Shown: positions 49,666 through 59,955 of the stretch, in pieces
Position numbering within the stretch: position 1 is the first letter of the stretch
Layout: each line of letters opens with the position of its first letter
Assembly: GCA_002737705.1 (NCBI GenBank)
Contig: NSIM01000006.1
Location: 11,002-75,001, forward strand
From: Flavobacteriales bacterium
GTDB lineage: Bacteria; Bacteroidota; Bacteroidia; NS11-12g; UBA955
Direction of reading: 5' to 3'
Length of the DNA: 64,000 bases
Translations under genes and position numbers: made by a program
Notes under the pieces: model-generated
What the model saw: the letters and a program-made list of their open reading frames with translations, nothing else
Database searches by the model: none
What the model was told of the DNA's origin: nothing

Positions 49666-52254
49666 TTATTGAATTTGAATTGCCGAAACCTTTTCAGTTC
49701 CATCAAACATTCTAATTCGCAATTGGTAAATCCCTTTTGCCAAATGGACAAAACCCTTTGCAGAATAAGGGTTTTCTGATGAAAATTTGATGTCTAATTC
49801 CTTGCCCAACATGCTAAATATTTTGATCTCAGACATCGGATAAATGGATGAGATATGAATGGTGGCATTCGCTTCTGTCGGATTGGGGTAAACCAATATT
49901 GTATTTTGTAACAATTGGTTTACAGACAAAGCAGGAATTAGAAGTTCTAAATTGGATTGCGAAAAACAAGAATCACCCACTTTTAGGATTTCGTGAATGA
50001 TAACGATTGTTTTCCCGGCGTATGGCTGAACATCCAATACAGGTTTTTTGTCGGAGGAACTCCATGCAGGTGTAGAAGTAGTATACCAATTATGAGCCCC
50101 CGAGCTATCATCGGGTAACATTTGGTAAAGGTTTGCTTGTTTGTTAATCGCAAATTCGGCTTTGGGTTTTTGATTTACTATAATAGAACAGGCGTTTGAG
50201 CGCAGTGTGCAACCCAAATTAGAGCGAACGACAACAATGACTGAATCTCCGTTTTTTACTTTTACCGAACAAGCATTTGGATTGGGCAAGGAAATTTTCG
50301 CCTTTCCTACCAAGGCCCAGACACTGTCATAATCACCCAAAACGCGGTATTCGAAAGCAAGTGTCGCTGCGCAAGTGCTAAGGGTTTTATATGAATCCAA
50401 ACTGGTACTGATCGACAGCAAAGAATCGGCCGAAATGTACAATTTTTTGTCGCTTGTTCCACAGACCAGTTGGGAAGAATCAATTACAGCGATATTATAT
50501 GCATTTCTTTTTTGCGATAAATACAATTTGGGATTGGGCTTTGAAGAGAAAGTGCCACCATTAACCTGAATCGAAAATCGGCTTGGCAAGGAAGAGAATT
50601 CTAATTCAACAGACCCATTAACGCAGCGTGGACCGGGCTTGACCTTCACAGAATAGGATAGGGGGGAGCATGATTTTGTTTTCCCCCGTACTTTGGATAT
50701 TGAACTGTATTCACAATCAGTATTCACCCGGTATTTTAACCAAAGGTCGACCGCGGTATTTCCTGTTCCAGTTACAATGGTGTGGGAGGTATCGTTTCCA
50801 GAATTTGATGATTCATTCCACGTTTTACCCAAATCTTCACTTATGTAGTAGCCCCGTCCTGCATTTTGTTTGTTCCAAGAAAATGTAATTTGTGTAAGTT
50901 GGGTATCGGCAATAATGAGATTGGCTTTTGGTGCAGAATCGGCAATCGATAGGATTTTTATAAAGCTTTTGCTTACACAACCATTGGTAGATTTTGCCCA
51001 TCCAGACAATGTTTTTTTAGAAGCATTGGCAATTGTTTTGAAAAGCGTATCCCGAAAAAACGGACCATTGTTAGACACATTGCCAAACGAATCTCCAAAA
51101 GCAGAACGCATCGCAAACTCTATTGAACTGCCTGCGCAATAGTTTAATTTGGCGTTTTTTACCTCAATGGTTCCTGTCGGCTTTTGTTTTACCAGTATTT
51201 TTATTGGATCACTTTTTTCTTTACACCCATTGGTATTTGTTGCAATTGAATAATAGTTTCCTGAGTCTTTTGCATAGACAACAAGTTTGTTGTAATTACC
51301 GGGAAACCAACGAAGCGAGTGACCTGCTATACTGTATGTTACCAATTTCAACGAATCCCCTTGACATAAACTTGATGTTGTATCGGGTGAGATTTTGGGC
51401 TTGGTTGCGCCTTGCAATACTTTAAACCGAAAAGTGTCTGGAAGAGAGGGTCCTTTGCTGTTGCTGACTTGTAAAATAGCCATGTAACTCCCTGCGGAAG
51501 CATAACTAATATTTGGATTTTGTTGGGTAGAAGCATTGGGACTCCCAGAGGGAAAAGTCCATTTAAATGTTTTGGGTGAATTGGTACCCGACCCGTTAAA
51601 GGAAAGATTACTGCCAGAACACAGCAATGTTTCTGATAATTTTATGGATGCAACCGACAATAAAGAAGATGTACCAGCATCAATTGTTTTCTCATAAATA
51701 TAATCACCACTGGTGCCCCCGTTTCCATTGGCGGAATTTAGGTTTATATAAAAACGCACTTTGCCCATATTGCTATTGGGTGCTTTCCATTGAAAAACCC
51801 AAGAAGTGGAATCGCTGGCTACATCGGCTGTGCCTTTGGATGTTTGGCTTACATAATAGCGGGTTTTACCACCTACTGTCCCTCTTAGGGTTTGTGTCCT
51901 TGCATCGGTAGATGTAAAAGTACCCGCAGCAGAATTGGAACTCACATCCAGACAAGTAAGTTCAAAACCAAACGTTGAAATACCGCTTTCTTTGTAAGTG
52001 AGGGTGAGGGTATAGGTGGAATCTGGAATGTATCCGCCTCCAGTAAAATTATTTTTTAGCCTAATCCTTCCCCAATTTGTACCTGATGTTTGTAGTCCAT
52101 AAGAACCATGGCAACTGGTGCAATTTCCTTCCGAAGGGGCACCTGTATAAGAAGCGTTTGGGCCACTCGAATTAGAAATCACTTCAGAAACAATCGCTGT
52201 TGTTAGTAAGATAAAACAAATTTTTATGGATTTTAACATGGTTTTAGTGGGCAA
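49666..52254 (-). CDS. secreted multidomain protein with PKD-like domain(s) and a C-terminal T9SS sorting domain; the N-terminal domain carries a CXXCH motif
   Basis: Signal peptide. The N-terminal domain contains GAPSEGNCTSCHG. A PKD-like segment (TFKWTFPSGSPNASTQQNPNISYASAGSYMAILQVSNSKG). The C-terminal ~80 aa (ILVYPNPTEANATIHISS…GIYQLRIRMFDGTEKVSAIQIQ) is a typical Por_Secre_tail. Confidence 0.75.
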   Translation of the reverse strand: MPTKTMLKSIKICFILLTTAIVSEVISNSSGPNASYTGAPSEGNCTSCHGSYGLQTSGTNWGRIRLKNNFTGGGYIPDSTYTLTLTYKESGISTFGFELTCLDVSSNSAAGTFTSTDARTQTLRGTVGGKTRYYVSQTSKGTADVASDSTSWVFQWKAPNSNMGKVRFYINLNSANGNGGTSGDYIYEKTIDAGTSSLLSVASIKLSETLLCSGSNLSFNGSGTNSPKTFKWTFPSGSPNASTQQNPNISYASAGSYMAILQVSNSKGPSLPDTFRFKVLQGATKPKISPDTTSSLCQGDSLKLVTYSIAGHSLRWFPGNYNKLVVYAKDSGNYYSIATNTNGCKEKSDPIKILVKQKPTGTIEVKNAKLNYCAGSSIEFAMRSAFGDSFGNVSNNGPFFRDTLFKTIANASKKTLSGWAKSTNGCVSKSFIKILSIADSAPKANLIIADTQLTQITFSWNKQNAGRGYYISEDLGKTWNESSNSGNDTSHTIVTGTGNTAVDLWLKYRVNTDCEYSSISKVRGKTKSCSPLSYSVKVKPGPRCVNGSVELEFSSLPSRFSIQVNGGTFSSKPNPKLYLSQKRNAYNIAVIDSSQLVCGTSDKKLYISADSLLSISTSLDSYKTLSTCAATLAFEYRVLGDYDSVWALVGKAKISLPNPNACSVKVKNGDSVIVVVRSNLGCTLRSNACSIIVNQKPKAEFAINKQANLYQMLPDDSSGAHNWYTTSTPAWSSSDKKPVLDVQPYAGKTIVIIHEILKVGDSCFSQSNLELLIPALSVNQLLQNTILVYPNPTEANATIHISSIYPMSEIKIFSMLGKELDIKFSSENPYSAKGFVHLAKGIYQLRIRMFDGTEKVSAIQIQ

Positions 52255-52383
52255 TAATTCAACACAACAAAGGTAGTAAGAATAAATTGTTTATTACAGT
52301 TTTTCGCTTTGACACAGTGTGTAATATCCCCGAATTCTGGACCACAGGGGTAGTTAAAAAACCCACAATTTTTACCATACAAT

Positions 52384-52665
52384 ATGACCAAACAAATCCG
52401 CCGCAAATTTTCGCCTAAATTAAAGGCAAAAATTCGAAGTAAACGCTGTGACGATTTCCAAGTGGAAGTCTGGGTTTTTGGCCAACATGTCTGCTGCCTG
52501 TTTATCGGCATAAACCCTCCGCGCCGCTGCCCGGACGGTGAGTTGCAACTCCGCGGGATTGCATCCCAACTTAGTAAAGTACAAACAAAAACAGCAATCG
52601 CATTTCGTAAGGCTCAAACCGTTTGTGGTGAGGGCAAAAATTTTCGAGAATGTCGTATTGGATAA
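52384..52665 (+). mobile_element. relic of an IS3-family transposase OrfA (HTH_Tnp_1), internally deleted and frameshifted; non-functional
   Basis: The N-terminus MTKQIRRKFSPKLKAK matches the conserved start of IS3 OrfA (M-x-K-R-R-K-F-S/T-x-E-F-K-A-K). A shift of reading frame after KAK gives FEVNAVTISKWKSGFLANMSAA, which matches the conserved …VHPNQISKWKKELLENAA… segment. The intervening HTH residues are missing. No OrfB/integrase follows. The region contains a locally GC-rich patch. Confidence 0.45.
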
Positions 52666-52724
52666 ATGTAAAACCCGTTAATTGTTATTTTTTAATCGGC
52701 AATTTGTTAAATTTGTAGAATATT

Positions 52725-55670
52725 ATGAAAAACTTCCTATTGTTAATTCTTTTGTTGGCAAGTAATGTGGCCGAAATATTTGCCCAAGCTATATTGGTAG
52801 AAAAGGTTGTATCCGAACCCGGAAAATTGATTATACCTTACGAAAAATATCAATTCCCCAATGGCTTAACCCTCATTGTGTGTGAGGACCACAGTGATCC
52901 CGTAGTGAATATTAACATTACGTACCATGTAGGCTCGGCCCGCGAAACGCGTGGTAAGTCTGGTTTTGCACATTTTTTTGAACATATGTTATTTCAAGGG
53001 TCTAAACATGTTGCAGACGAAGAGCATTTTAAGATTATTAAGAATTATGGTGGTGACGTAAACGGGAATACTACCCGTGACCGCACAGTATATGTCGAAA
53101 CCTTCCCCAGCAATTTTACAGAAACTGCCTTGTGGATGGAGGCTGATCGAATGGGCTGTTTTCTGGAAGCATTTTCCAATAAAAAATTCGAAATTCAACG
53201 CAGTACAGTCAAAAATGAAAAAGACGAACGGTATGATTCACCCTACGGATTTTTGATGGAGGTAAAGGACCAAGAATTATACCCAAAAGAGCATCCATAC
53301 AGTTGGTCAACCATCGGTTTTGTAGATGATCTAGATAGGGCAGACAGCAACGACCTAAAGAATTTTTTCTTGCGCTGGTATTCACCAAACAATGCATGTG
53401 TGATTGTATGTGGCGATTTAAATACCAACGAAGTTGTGGCATGGGTCGACAAATATTTCTCTGGAATTCAACGTGGTCCTGAGGTTAAAAAGCAATCCTT
53501 ACGCAAGGTCGAATTAAAAGAAAATAAAGTCATTTCATATTCTGACGCCAATGCATATGCACCATTGATTTACACTACTTATGTAGGTGTACCTGTAGGT
53601 CATCCCGACGAAGCCGCATTGGATGTATTAACTTATTTGATGGGAGGAACTCGAAATTCTCCCATGTATAAAAAATTCATAGATGCAGATTGGGCATTGG
53701 GCGCAAGTGCGGGCAATAACCCCATGAGCACTGTCAATCATGAATTGGCTGGAGAAATATCCTTTAATGTAGTAGGATACCCCTATTCAGACATCCCTCG
53801 TTTACAAAAGATGTTAAAAAGTGCCATAGATTCTTTTGGCATAGTGGGATTCTCAGACGATGACCTCGAAAGGGCCAAAACCAACATATTGAGCAATTAT
53901 TCCAATGGTCTTGAGGATGGAAGCACCAAAGCGAATTACCTGAGTTCTTTTTGGTATTTAGACTCAAAAAATGCTGATGGTAGGAGTTTAAACCTGGATG
54001 ACGATGCAAATCGTTACAGAAACTTGTCCAAATCAGACATCGTTCGTGTTCATGAAAAGTATTTGACCAACAAATTCTCGTCAACAGTAATTATTACCCC
54101 TTCACAGATTGTCGAAGGCGAAGAAAAACCAAAGTATCAGAGTGTAAATCCCAATGCAGGTTACACCAGCAAGATTGCTGAAGTAGAATACAATGGATTG
54201 GTTGGCAGACCCACAAAAGATAATTTTGACCGTAATTTAAGGCCACAAACCAAAGAAATTACTTCAGTAAAATCTCCCAAAGTCGACAAGAGAATCCTTG
54301 AAAACGGCTTAGAAATTTGGTCGACCTATTTTGATGAAACCCCTCGTGTCATTATTCAAATGAATATCGAAGGGGGAAGACTATTAGAAGATGGAAAATA
54401 TTTTCCAGCAGGAACAGCAGATTTGATGGCTGAGATGATGAATTATGGAACTGCTGTCCGTGGTTCTGAAGAAATGGAAAAGGAACTTGAGAAATTGGGT
54501 TTGTCTATGAATTTGAGTGCTGGTAAAACAGGGCTCAATCTGTATTTCACGTGTCAAAAGGACAAGTTAGACGCTTCTATCGCATGGTTAGAGGAATTTA
54601 TGTTCAAGCCCCGTTGGGATGAAGCAGAATTTAAAAAAGTCAAAAAACGTTCTAAAGAAGTTTCCAAAAGTACTCTCACAAACCGGAGTGTAGGGGCAAG
54701 CAATGCTTGGGATAGAATAATGAATGGAGACAATGTCATGGGAACACCTTTGTTGTCTGATGATTATGATAAAGTAAGCATTGAAAATTGCAAAGCATAT
54801 TACAATGCCAATTTTGTACCCAACGCAACAAAAATGGTAGTGGTTGGACCCCTAACCGCAGAAGAAATTTACAGTAAATTTGCCTTTCTCAGCCGTTGGC
54901 AAAGAAAAAACATATCGTTGTTGATGCCCTCCATTCCCACCAAAATTGTTACGCCTCAAATTTTTGGTGTAAAGTACAATGATGCAGCACAGAGTGATAT
55001 TTATGTGGGTTTTAAATCCCAGCCCTATGATTTTGCGGGTAAGTTTTTTCAAAATAATATCATGAATTTTGCATTGGCTGGTAATTTCAACTCTCGATTA
55101 AATCTAAAAATTCGAGAAGACAAAGCCTGGACCTACGGAATTCGTGGAGGTTTTTCTCCCGCATTCAAAGATTTGCCAGGTACGTATACCATCAGCGCAG
55201 CTATAAAAGCTGGGGCTACCGACAGTGCCATCGTGGAGATCGTTGATGAACTCGTTCGGTACAAGAATGTTGGAATTACAGACGAAGAATTTAATTTCAC
55301 AAAATCAGCATTGATTGCCAGTGAATCATTAGAGTATGAATCTATCGGACAAAAGGCAAGTTATATCCAACAAATGGCCAACCGTGACCTACCCATTGAT
55401 TTTGCCGATCAGCAATTAAAAGTTTTGCAAGCCATCACGCGAGACCAAATCAATGTCTTGGCTAAAACACAACTCAGTCTTGACAATTTGGTGGTGGTAG
55501 TAGCTGGAGATTTAATTGAACTTCAACCCAATCTTGAGGCTTTGGGGATGGGAAAAGTTCAGATGCTAGAACCCAATGGAAAGGGGAAAATAAAATATTT
55601 AAAGGCTGGAGAAACAAAATTGCCCCGTAAAAAGTTAGATTATATACCGCCCGCAGATTTGCGAAAATAA
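52725..55670 (+). CDS. M16-family zinc metallopeptidase (insulinase-like, two tandem M16 units), secreted
   Basis: Signal peptide. Inverted zinc-binding motif HFFEHMLFQGSKH (HxxEH) with downstream Glu residues. The 981-aa length is consistent with tandem active and inactive M16 domains. Confidence 0.85.
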   Translation: MKNFLLLILLLASNVAEIFAQAILVEKVVSEPGKLIIPYEKYQFPNGLTLIVCEDHSDPVVNINITYHVGSARETRGKSGFAHFFEHMLFQGSKHVADEEHFKIIKNYGGDVNGNTTRDRTVYVETFPSNFTETALWMEADRMGCFLEAFSNKKFEIQRSTVKNEKDERYDSPYGFLMEVKDQELYPKEHPYSWSTIGFVDDLDRADSNDLKNFFLRWYSPNNACVIVCGDLNTNEVVAWVDKYFSGIQRGPEVKKQSLRKVELKENKVISYSDANAYAPLIYTTYVGVPVGHPDEAALDVLTYLMGGTRNSPMYKKFIDADWALGASAGNNPMSTVNHELAGEISFNVVGYPYSDIPRLQKMLKSAIDSFGIVGFSDDDLERAKTNILSNYSNGLEDGSTKANYLSSFWYLDSKNADGRSLNLDDDANRYRNLSKSDIVRVHEKYLTNKFSSTVIITPSQIVEGEEKPKYQSVNPNAGYTSKIAEVEYNGLVGRPTKDNFDRNLRPQTKEITSVKSPKVDKRILENGLEIWSTYFDETPRVIIQMNIEGGRLLEDGKYFPAGTADLMAEMMNYGTAVRGSEEMEKELEKLGLSMNLSAGKTGLNLYFTCQKDKLDASIAWLEEFMFKPRWDEAEFKKVKKRSKEVSKSTLTNRSVGASNAWDRIMNGDNVMGTPLLSDDYDKVSIENCKAYYNANFVPNATKMVVVGPLTAEEIYSKFAFLSRWQRKNISLLMPSIPTKIVTPQIFGVKYNDAAQSDIYVGFKSQPYDFAGKFFQNNIMNFALAGNFNSRLNLKIREDKAWTYGIRGGFSPAFKDLPGTYTISAAIKAGATDSAIVEIVDELVRYKNVGITDEEFNFTKSALIASESLEYESIGQKASYIQQMANRDLPIDFADQQLKVLQAITRDQINVLAKTQLSLDNLVVVVAGDLIELQPNLEALGMGKVQMLEPNGKGKIKYLKAGETKLPRKKLDYIPPADLRK

Positions 55671-55691
55671 GCGTTTTGGTTAGCCCGGTAT

Positions 55692-55728
55692 AACAAAACA
55701 GAGGTCATTGGCCTCTGTTTTGTTACTG
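55692..55728 (+). terminator. rho-independent terminator (ACAAAACAGAGG-loop-CCTCTGTTTTGT) after the M16 peptidase
   Basis: Perfect 12-bp inverted repeat read from the sequence. Confidence 0.7.
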
Positions 55729-55832
55729 GTAAAAAAATAGCCGCAAAAAATGTATAAAATATGTGGGCAAGATCCCCACAATAAAGACCTGTTTTTAGCG
55801 ATTTAAGTCGTAAATTGCTTACTGAATTATTC

Positions 55833-58496
55833 ATGGAAGAAAGAGACGAAAATACCGAGAGAATTATATCCATCAACATTGAGGATGAAATGAAAACTGC
55901 CTACATCGATTATTCGATGTCTGTTATTGTTTCAAGGGCATTGCCCGATGTCAGAGATGGTCTTAAGCCCGTTCACAGAAGGGTTTTGTTTGGGATGAAT
56001 GATTTGGGTTTGGCCTCGAATAGAGCCCACAAGAAATCAGCCCGTATCGTTGGTGAGGTTCTGGGAAAATACCATCCACATGGTGATAGCAGCGTATACG
56101 ACACAATGGTTCGAATGGCACAGAGTTGGAGTTTGCGCTATCCGTTTGTAGATGGGCAAGGAAACTTTGGATCTGTAGATGGTGATCCACCAGCGGCAAT
56201 GCGGTATACCGAAGCACGTTTGAGGAAAATAGCGGAAGAAATGATGGTCGATCTCGACAAAAATACCGTTAATTTTAGGCCCAATTTTGATGAAAGTTTA
56301 GAAGAACCTTCTGTAATGCCCGCCAAAATTCCCAACTTGTTGGTTAATGGTGCGAGCGGTATAGCGGTAGGAATGGCCACCAATATGGCTCCACACAACC
56401 TTACAGAGGTATGTGAAGGGATTATTGCATACATAGAAAATAAGGAAATTACCGTTGCTGAACTGATGGCCTATGTGAAGGCTCCTGATTTTCCTACTGG
56501 GGGCGCAATTTATGGTGTCGAGGGCATCAAAGACGCTTTTGAAACCGGTAGAGGTCGTATTGTTATGCGTGGAAAAGCAGAAGTGGAGGTATCTATGTCA
56601 GGCAAAGAGATGATTGTCGTTACGGAAGTTCCATATCAGGTAACACCTTCTCAAATCATCATTAAAACAGTAGACCTTATCAACGAAAAGTTGATTGATG
56701 GTATTTCTGCTGTTCGCGATGAGAGTGGGCGCCAAGGAATGCGAATTGTGTTTGATTTAAAGCGTGATGCAATTCCAAATATTGTATTGAATCAATTGTA
56801 TAAATACACCCCCTTACAAAGCAGTTTTTCTGTCAACAATATTGCCTTGGTCAATGGCCGTCCAGTGATGTTGAACTTGAAAGACATGATTCGCCATTTT
56901 GTAAATCATCGCCACGAGATTGTTCAACGTAGAACCCAGTTTTTATTAGACGAAGCCCGCAAACGAATCCATATTTTAGAGGGTCTTATTATTGCCCTTG
57001 ACAACCTTGATGCCGTGATTCAACTTATTCGCAAAAGCCGAACACCCGAAGATGCTCGCCTGGGCTTAATGGGACAATTTGGTTTATCCGATATCCAATC
57101 AAAAGCCATATTGGAAATGCGTTTGCAGCGTTTGACGGGTCTGGAAATTGACAAAATACGTGAAGAGTATAATAGTATCCTATCAGAAATTCAATACTAT
57201 GAATCTGTTTTGGCAAGTGAAGAATTGAGGATGGGTATCATCAAGCAAGAAATTACAGAAGTCAAAGATAAATACGGTGATGATCGTAGAACGACGATTG
57301 AGTTCAGTGCCGGGGAATTTAACATAGAAGATTTAATACCCAATGAAGAGGTTGTGATTACAATTTCTCATATGGGATATATCAAACGAACCCTGTTGAA
57401 TGAATATAAAGAGCAACACAGAGGAGGGAAGGGGTTACGCGGTGTTGCCCACAGGGATGCAGATTTTGTTGAACACTTATTTATTGCCAGTACCCACAAC
57501 TATTTATTGTTGTTTACGGAGCAGGGTAGGTGTTTTTGGCTAAAGGTATACGAAATACCAGAAGGTCAAAAAGCCACGAAGGGTCGTCCTATACAAAATT
57601 TAATCAGTATACCCAATGACGATAAAGTTAAAGCGTATCTAAACGTTATCAATCTCAAGGATGAAGAATACCTAAACAATAATTTTATTATTATGGTTAC
57701 CAAGCGTGGGGTTGTGAAGAAAACATCCTTAGAAGCATACAGTAGGCCCCGAACCAATGGAATTAACGCCATCACAGTTCGCGATGGAGACGAGTTGTTA
57801 CAAGCTTGTTTAACAGACGGAGCCAGTGAGGTTATTATTGCCAAAAGAATGGGGAAAGCCATTAGATTTCCTGAATCCAAGGTAAGACCTATGGGAAGAA
57901 CTGCCGCTGGGGTTAGGGGGGTAACATTAGAATCGGCCCAAGACGAAGTAATTGGTATGGTTTGTGTCAATCGTAATATGAGTGCAACCACTATTTTGGT
58001 TTTGAGTCAAAATGGGTATGGAAAGCGTTCAGACCTCGAAGATTACCGCATTACTGGTAGGGGAGGGAAGGGCGTTAAAACCATCTCCATAACGGAAAAA
58101 ACGGGAAGTTTGGTAGGCATTTTATTGGTGACAGATGAAGATGGCTTGATGATCATTTGCAAAAGTGGGCTCACCATTAGAATGGCCATTGCTAAATTAA
58201 GAATAATGGGTAGGGCAACCCAGGGGGTTAGACTCATTAATCTTAAAGGAACTGATTCAATTGCAGGTTTGGCTAAATCGCCCAAGGAAGAAGACGAAGA
58301 CGAAGGTTTAAGTTTAGCCATCTTGGCTGATGGAGAAATAGATGAACTGGGAATGGGCGATACTGAAAACACAATAGATACCCAGAGTCAAAACAATGCA
58401 ATACAAGAAATAAATGACGAAAACAATCAATCAAACGATGCGAGCGATGAAGATGACGACAGTTCACCAGTTGAAAATACAGGAGAAGATGAATAA
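55833..58496 (+). CDS. gyrA: DNA gyrase subunit A, with an acidic C-terminal tail
   Basis: The N-terminal region [40 protein letters not shown], with the catalytic Tyr context [11 protein letters not shown]-terminal beta-pinwheel repeats. The tail is rich in D/E. The ATG at 55833 was preferred over the TTG at 55815 used by the track. Confidence 0.95.
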   Translation: MEERDENTERIISINIEDEMKTAYIDYSMSVIVSRALPDVRDGLKPVHRRVLFGMNDLGLASNRAHKKSARIVGEVLGKYHPHGDSSVYDTMVRMAQSWSLRYPFVDGQGNFGSVDGDPPAAMRYTEARLRKIAEEMMVDLDKNTVNFRPNFDESLEEPSVMPAKIPNLLVNGASGIAVGMATNMAPHNLTEVCEGIIAYIENKEITVAELMAYVKAPDFPTGGAIYGVEGIKDAFETGRGRIVMRGKAEVEVSMSGKEMIVVTEVPYQVTPSQIIIKTVDLINEKLIDGISAVRDESGRQGMRIVFDLKRDAIPNIVLNQLYKYTPLQSSFSVNNIALVNGRPVMLNLKDMIRHFVNHRHEIVQRRTQFLLDEARKRIHILEGLIIALDNLDAVIQLIRKSRTPEDARLGLMGQFGLSDIQSKAILEMRLQRLTGLEIDKIREEYNSILSEIQYYESVLASEELRMGIIKQEITEVKDKYGDDRRTTIEFSAGEFNIEDLIPNEEVVITISHMGYIKRTLLNEYKEQHRGGKGLRGVAHRDADFVEHLFIASTHNYLLLFTEQGRCFWLKVYEIPEGQKATKGRPIQNLISIPNDDKVKAYLNVINLKDEEYLNNNFIIMVTKRGVVKKTSLEAYSRPRTNGINAITVRDGDELLQACLTDGASEVIIAKRMGKAIRFPESKVRPMGRTAAGVRGVTLESAQDEVIGMVCVNRNMSATTILVLSQNGYGKRSDLEDYRITGRGGKGVKTISITEKTGSLVGILLVTDEDGLMIICKSGLTIRMAIAKLRIMGRATQGVRLINLKGTDSIAGLAKSPKEEDEDEGLSLAILADGEIDELGMGDTENTIDTQSQNNAIQEINDENNQSNDASDEDDDSSPVENTGEDE

Positions 58497-59706
58497 GATA
58501 CTCAAAACAGGGATTGGCTTTTGCATAATGGTGTTTTTTTCGCACTGTGTCGCACAAAACAAAGCGGTTAATTCTGCCGAGTATGCATTGTTCTCAAATA
58601 CCATAGAAGACCTTGTTGTAGCCAAAGAGGAAATAGACAAAGCCAAATTGAATCCCAAGACTGCCGATGCCCCTAAGATGTGGTTGATTCGGGCAACTGT
58701 ATACAGTAGAATTGCCGCCGCCAAGAACAACTTGTTGCTTAAAGGATTAACTGCGAATGCAGGGTTGGAGGCTTGCCAAGCAATGAATAAATTTTATGCC
58801 AGCCCAACGAGCAAAAAACAGGAGGAAATAGAAACTGCAATTGGAGAGTCGGGAAATGCCTTTGCCGCTGCATATAATGAATCTTCCGGTTTGTTTTCAA
58901 CAAAAGATTATGATTTACTGTGTGTGTATTATGTAGAATTGTTAAATTTATATGGTCACCTCGATACCTCAATGACCAACAACCTGTCTAATAATAAAAT
59001 TACCCAAAGCAGTATCATTGAAACATACGCGCAGGCGGCATCTCTCCACAGTGACAAACAAGTAAAGATTGCAATTTTACAGGGTTTGGTAGATAAGGGA
59101 ATGATTATTCCAGCCGTTATAGAAGGGTTGTCTCGTTCGTATTTAACAGTTGGAGATACGATCAATGCAGAAACCTGTATACGAAAGGCATTATTATCGT
59201 CAAACAACGATGGAAAAATATTCCAATTGCTTGTAAATCTCTATGTAATACTCCAAAGAGAATCCATGCTTTTTTCCGATGTCAATAAACAAATTTTGAT
59301 TGAACCCAATAATAGTCGTTTGTATTATACCCGTGCCTTTTTATATGAATCGCAGAAAAAATACAATGAAGCAATTGCTGATTACCGTAAATCAGTTGAA
59401 ATAGACGAATTCAACTATGATGCAAATTTCAATTTAGGCCTCGGCTTAATGAAATACGAGACTAGAAATCTGTATGACAAGCGTTCTGGAGCCACAGGTG
59501 CAAAACGAAAATTAATTGATGAAGAATTAAAAATACTTTTTCAAGAAGCCAAAAAATATTTGGAACGTGCTTTAGACAATAGCGATTATCCAATTGCAGA
59601 CCAGATTAATATATGCAAAACCCTAAAATCTGCTTGTCTTGAGATAGGAGATACGGAATCAGTTGCCAAATACACCCAATTAATCAAGGGAATGGAAGAG
59701 GACTGA
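58489..59706 (+). CDS. TPR-repeat protein with a signal peptide, immediately downstream of gyrA
   Basis: The ATG at 58489 overlaps the gyrA stop by 8 nt. Signal peptide [26 protein letters not shown]-like repeats ([39 protein letters not shown]). Confidence 0.65.
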   Translation: MNKILKTGIGFCIMVFFSHCVAQNKAVNSAEYALFSNTIEDLVVAKEEIDKAKLNPKTADAPKMWLIRATVYSRIAAAKNNLLLKGLTANAGLEACQAMNKFYASPTSKKQEEIETAIGESGNAFAAAYNESSGLFSTKDYDLLCVYYVELLNLYGHLDTSMTNNLSNNKITQSSIIETYAQAASLHSDKQVKIAILQGLVDKGMIIPAVIEGLSRSYLTVGDTINAETCIRKALLSSNNDGKIFQLLVNLYVILQRESMLFSDVNKQILIEPNNSRLYYTRAFLYESQKKYNEAIADYRKSVEIDEFNYDANFNLGLGLMKYETRNLYDKRSGATGAKRKLIDEELKILFQEAKKYLERALDNSDYPIADQINICKTLKSACLEIGDTESVAKYTQLIKGMEED

Positions 59707-59734
59707 AAGTAATTTTAATTTTTTACACAAAACA

Positions 59735-59763
59735 AGCCTCTATAAATAGAGGCTATTTATTTG
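59735..59763. terminator. bidirectional rho-independent terminator candidate (AGCCTCTA-TAAA-TAGAGGCT, T-rich 3' side) between the convergent TPR gene and hmgA
   Basis: Perfect 8-bp inverted repeat read from the sequence, with A/T-rich flanks on both sides. Confidence 0.6.
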
Positions 59764-59955
59764 ATTCTTTAATTTAACATAATGTAAATTATGTAACAAA
59801 TAAAAGGCACTGGCTGCTGGCTTGAGTTGGTTAGTTTTTGTTTCATTGTTGTGGATTGTTGCTGTGTGGTATATTAATCGTGACAAATAATAATGAAAGA
59901 TTATAATGACAGATAATAATCAATAATAATAAAACCTTGCTTGAATATTCTCTAC

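Noticed and set aside
49666-52254. Interpreting the CXXCH in the T9SS PKD protein as a definite cytochrome
   Set aside because: A single CXXCH in an 862-aa secreted protein can occur by chance, so it is kept only as a finding to test.
52255-52724. Structured RNA gene (tmRNA, RNase P RNA, SRP RNA, 6S) suggested by the GC-rich patch
   Set aside because: None of the hallmark motifs could be found on either strand. These include the tmRNA tag-reading-frame and 3' tRNA-like end, the RNase P P4 GGAAAGTCCGG, and SRP domain IV. The IS3 OrfA remnant explains the region better.
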